In this document: positions 60,133 to 64,000 of the stretch, in pieces
How the letters are laid out: every line of letters starts with the position of its first letter
Position numbering within the stretch: the first letter of the stretch is position 1
DNA from: Sporopachydermia quercuum
Lineage: Eukaryota
Assembly: GCA_001599295.1 (NCBI GenBank)
Contig: BCGN01000002.1
Coordinates: forward strand, 992,001-1,056,000
Reading direction: 5' to 3'
DNA: 64,000 bases
Program-made: the position numbers and the translations under genes
The notes under the pieces: model-generated
Told to the model about the DNA's origin: nothing
Seen by the model: the letters and a program-made list of their open reading frames with translations, nothing else
Database searches by the model: none

Positions 60133-62154
60133 TTATGCTTCATAACGTACATGAAGAATATCAATAAAGTGTAAATGTTTAATGCCTGGTTTTCTTGCTT
60201 TTTGAAACGCTTCAACTGCTTCGTCAACAGTAAAACCTAATCTTTCCACCAGGTAACAGCAGATCAAAAATCCAGTTCGATTGAATCCATAATGGCAATG
60301 TACAACAATATGATTATCGGAATTCTCTTCCAAGATTGAGTCAACTAATTTAATGAATTTTTTCACTGTTGACGAACTAGGAGGAATTTTCGATACAGTT
60401 GCAAATTTATGGTACCTTATTCGTTTAAATGATTCAGGATCATATGGTGGATCCCATGAGCTTATATCGATCACATCAGTTATATCAGGATATAATTCTT
60501 CAAATAGAACAGGGTTATGTTCATCATCAGTTTCTCTCAAAGTTTTCATTGCTCTAAATGGACTCATTTTTTCTACAGACGATATGGTATCAGATACTGG
60601 TTTCAACTTCTTCCATTTAGCTTCATTCTTCAAACTCCATTTCCCATCACCATATTCGGCCTTATATCTCAATACCCAAGACTGAGATAATACCGGTAAT
60701 TGTTTTTCTATGAACTCGGAAATTAGACCAGCTACCAGTTTTGGTTTTTCTCCAATCAAAGCATGACCAGCATCGTGAATTAGTTTAGTTTCTATTTCTT
60801 GACTTTCAGTAGAAGACTCTGCTTCTAAACCAAGCATCCATTTCCTAACAATTTCAACATTATCACAAGGTGTAACGATATCCTCAGTTGCCCCCAATAT
60901 ATAAGCACCACCTTTATTAGCTTTCAAGATCTGGTAGACAGTGTACCACTCTTGTTTAGTCGCAGGTGTGAATCCATTGGCGACTTTAACCCAAACCCGT
61001 GAGTCTACATCTAAATTCCAACGCATCTGTCTTTGCTTTATAGCCTCATCTCTACAACTGGCCACGCTCAACATTCGTTCTACGCTTGGTGAGTCTAATC
61101 CATTGTACCTATCAAGTATTCTGAACCCGTCAAATATAAAGGTTGGTGCTGATTTCAGCATCTGCAGTTTCTTCTTAGCATCTTCCTTCATTTCTATTGG
61201 TGGACAAATTGTTACCAGAGATTTACACCTCGGACCTAATTTGATGCCTAATTTAGCTGCTAAATTGGTACCCATTGAATGACCTACCAGAATAACATCT
61301 CGGCCTTCCAATGAAACAGCTTCCCTGTCGTTAGGTATATCATGTTGTAAAAACTCATAAAGAATGTCAACCATGCGATCTGAATTGTAATCCTCAAATG
61401 TGAGTTTATCATTTATCAGATATTTCTTTTCTTGCTCATATGGCAATTGTTGCAAACTCTTATCGAATTTATACCCGGGCATTCTAAATGAAGCTCTACT
61501 TAATCCGCAACCAGGTAAATCGATTCCAACAACATCAGAAAACTGAGAAAATAAATCAATAAGCCCTTCAAATTGCGAAACTTGACCACCAAGACCATGA
61601 ATCAGCATTATAACGGGTAGCTTTTCAAAATCTCCAAATGGGGTAGGACCAAATTCATCTGCATTGGGGATCCCGTCAAACTCGGACTGTCCCAACTGGA
61701 TATCTGGATTGATGTCTCCTCCTGAGCCATCATCTCTATCTATACTTTGTTTCATTGAATCTGTGTCTAGAGGGTTCAGAACCGGCGTATTGAGCTCGCT
61801 TTCACTAGTGTCTCCTTTACCTTCAAGATCATTGTCAGAGTTACTTTTCTTATCAGGAGTGGAATTCTTTTTCTGTTCAGGAAGAGGAAATCTTGAAAGC
61901 TTGTATGATCTCAGAGGATGTGGAATGAGAATACCCCTAACAGTACATCTCTTCGTCGATAACGACTCAACAGAAAGTTCAAATGTAGAATTATANTTCT
62001 CGACAAGCTGACTGGCTACTGATTCAGTCAAGATTGCTTGTTCTAGTTCTGTGTACCAAATTGATCTACGTATCAGTGATAGCAAAAAGGATGGTGACCA
62101 CGAAAATTTAGTCTCGTGGAGAGTTCTCTGTGGGATTGGATCAGTCCCTGCCAT
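60133..62154 (-). CDS. Fusion of an alpha/beta-hydrolase and a C-terminal cysteine phosphatase of RNA 5'-triphosphatase/DUSP11 type
   Basis: LIHGLGG, DLPGCG, GHSMG, GATEDIVTP and DAGH (Ser-Asp-His triad); VIDIS..YDP, VVHCHYGFNRTGFLICCYL, FQKARKPGI. ATG at 62154. Confidence 0.9.
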   Translation of the reverse strand: MAGTDPIPQRTLHETKFSWSPSFLLSLIRRSIWYTELEQAILTESVASQLVEXYNSTFELSVESLSTKRCTVRGILIPHPLRSYKLSRFPLPEQKKNSTPDKKSNSDNDLEGKGDTSESELNTPVLNPLDTDSMKQSIDRDDGSGGDINPDIQLGQSEFDGIPNADEFGPTPFGDFEKLPVIMLIHGLGGQVSQFEGLIDLFSQFSDVVGIDLPGCGLSRASFRMPGYKFDKSLQQLPYEQEKKYLINDKLTFEDYNSDRMVDILYEFLQHDIPNDREAVSLEGRDVILVGHSMGTNLAAKLGIKLGPRCKSLVTICPPIEMKEDAKKKLQMLKSAPTFIFDGFRILDRYNGLDSPSVERMLSVASCRDEAIKQRQMRWNLDVDSRVWVKVANGFTPATKQEWYTVYQILKANKGGAYILGATEDIVTPCDNVEIVRKWMLGLEAESSTESQEIETKLIHDAGHALIGEKPKLVAGLISEFIEKQLPVLSQSWVLRYKAEYGDGKWSLKNEAKWKKLKPVSDTISSVEKMSPFRAMKTLRETDDEHNPVLFEELYPDITDVIDISSWDPPYDPESFKRIRYHKFATVSKIPPSSSTVKKFIKLVDSILEENSDNHIVVHCHYGFNRTGFLICCYLVERLGFTVDEAVEAFQKARKPGIKHLHFIDILHVRYEA

Positions 62155-64000
62155 GGCTGTACTGATATAATAAGTGTATGTTATTCGTGACCAGATTAAC
62201 AAAAGATCAAGATGTTGGACCACTGAACAACCACATTCAAATACAAGCTCAATTTTCAATCAGTGTATCCAGCACTTTCTTCTTATATGTGTTTTGCTCT
62301 TCAATAAAACAACTATCAATTAAGCAACCTTTAGTTTGGGTTTCTGTGGGCAGAACTAGCTACTCAAAATCTCTACAAACACTCTAGATTATATCACTCA
62401 ATTTATCAAAAGCAAAGAGAAGTACTCTTTCCTTCAACAACAGTCTAAGCTACTCTCAACCCTCTATGAGAAGGCTCGAAATATTCGGTACTTAGTATCA
62501 ACTCCACTCAATTATACTAATGGTATCAGAGATACAGAATAGGAGTCATTGACTGGGTTACATACATTTGATAAAGTATTCTACGAATGGCTATGGACGC
62601 TTCATATTAGATCACGTCTCAACTTGCATATGTGGGGATAAGGGGATAATTATTACCATTGTACCCGAATTGCACATCCACGTGCTATCATCATTGAAAT
62701 AACGGAAATTATGCGAACCAGATCTTCAGAAACAACTTATATGTGTTATGGGACAGCTTAAGAAATCAAATTATCGCGAAGGTATGTGGTATATCTATTT
62801 TATTGTCTAGGAGTGTATTTAAGAAATTTCGGCTCAAATACTACTGTCGCAGTTTTGAAGTTGTTCCGTTATCGGATATTTTCTCTACTTTTAGTGGTTC
62901 ACTGAAACTAGGGTTTGGAGGTACTCATCCTACAACACAGTTAGGAGGTTCACTTTGCTCTTGGAGCATCATATGGGCAGTTTATAGTGGATAATATCTA
63001 ATTGATACTCTCACAAATAGTAGAATAAAGTAATTTCAGGTATTTAATCGTTCTTTTAGCTCAAATCTTCGTTTATTTACTCTTTTACTACTATTAATTC
63101 TAACCCTTTTTCTTCAACTCCATCGACTCCGCAGGATCTGCCGTCAGCCACACAGGTTACAAAAAAGTTTCTCAAAAAGCATTACCACTGCATATAATCT
63201 CATTGTGCTTACTTACTTAACATCACCTACTTCACCCACCTATTCTTTGTGCATATGATATATATTCAAATTTTTTAAATAATAAATATATTAAAGCTGA
63301 CTCCTGCCCTAAAACTCGGTTAGTTATCTTGTATTTTTTCTTGATATCTTTCTATAATCAAACAGCTTTATTCATTGACTGAGTTTACGGTTTCCAAATA
63401 TGGTTCAACATTAAAAAATTTAAGCTTGAACCTTAAGCGGTCTCTCATTTTGTTATGGTCTTTTCTCTTTTCCGCTCTGTAATATCAGAACAATAAAACA
63501 ATTCATAGGCTGAGGACTGAATAGCATTATTCCTCTCCTTTCAACCTTTTTCTTGATGATTTGAGTAGCATGAATTTCCTTTGATGTTCTAAAGAGATTA
63601 GTCTGGATTTGGCAGAATGTAAGAAGTATCAGTAATATTAGAAGTGGTAAATAGGTTATTAAAAGCTAGCTGTGGTTGAAACGTTTTGGATGAATAGCAT
63701 TGATTATAATTGTATAATAAAGGTTTGACTCATTACATGAAAGATTTATCGTGAAAAGAAGTGCTGAATGGGTCATTTAAAAGGTATACTCAAGTTGAAG
63801 CATTTTTGAGAGACAGCATTGTTCATAAAACTATAGAAAGTATTGATAGCATTTTAAGAGTAAGCGATAAAAATTAAAAGGTTAAATTTATCGTTTTGAA
63901 ATTGATTGAAATATGAATGTTACTGGCGAAAGGTCTTGTAAGAAAAATGGTTTTCAAATTTACAATTGATGACGTCCTCAATCCTTATCTCAATTTTATT

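Noticed and set aside
65..62994. Numerous 60-145 aa ORFs in the track that overlap real genes or lie in intergenic DNA
   Set aside because: Antisense or alternate-frame shadows, often with TTG/GTG starts and no recognisable motifs.

Overview
Eukaryotic, AT-rich nuclear DNA from a budding yeast (Saccharomycotina-like). It uses the standard code (CTG=Leu at conserved positions) and has more introns, with more degenerate branch sites, than S. cerevisiae. Scattered single Ns suggest a diploid consensus or masking. Gene order: PDR12-like ABC transporter (3' end), bacterial-like SDR, GUS1, a long SCM3, COA4 (3 introns, rebuilt by hand), PRKRIP1-like, SEC31, a 108-aa unknown, PEX7 (1 intron), a KH-domain protein, ATM1, a spliced 57-aa Cys-rich microprotein missed by the ORF track, a ZIP zinc transporter with a ZRE array, MOSC/mARC-like overlapping DSS4, MIG1, HPM1, SEC24, PSR1/2, SOF1 (ATG-only exon 1), DNM1 (1 intron), a 71-aa putative membrane microprotein, and an alpha/beta-hydrolase fused to an RNA-triphosphatase-type Cys phosphatase. 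I recognised no tRNA, rRNA, snRNA or intact transposon. The best leads are the Cys-rich microprotein next to the zinc transporter, the hydrolase-phosphatase fusion, the MOSC protein (which implies molybdenum-cofactor use), and the PDRE-flanked SDR. All family calls come from motif recognition; no searches were run.
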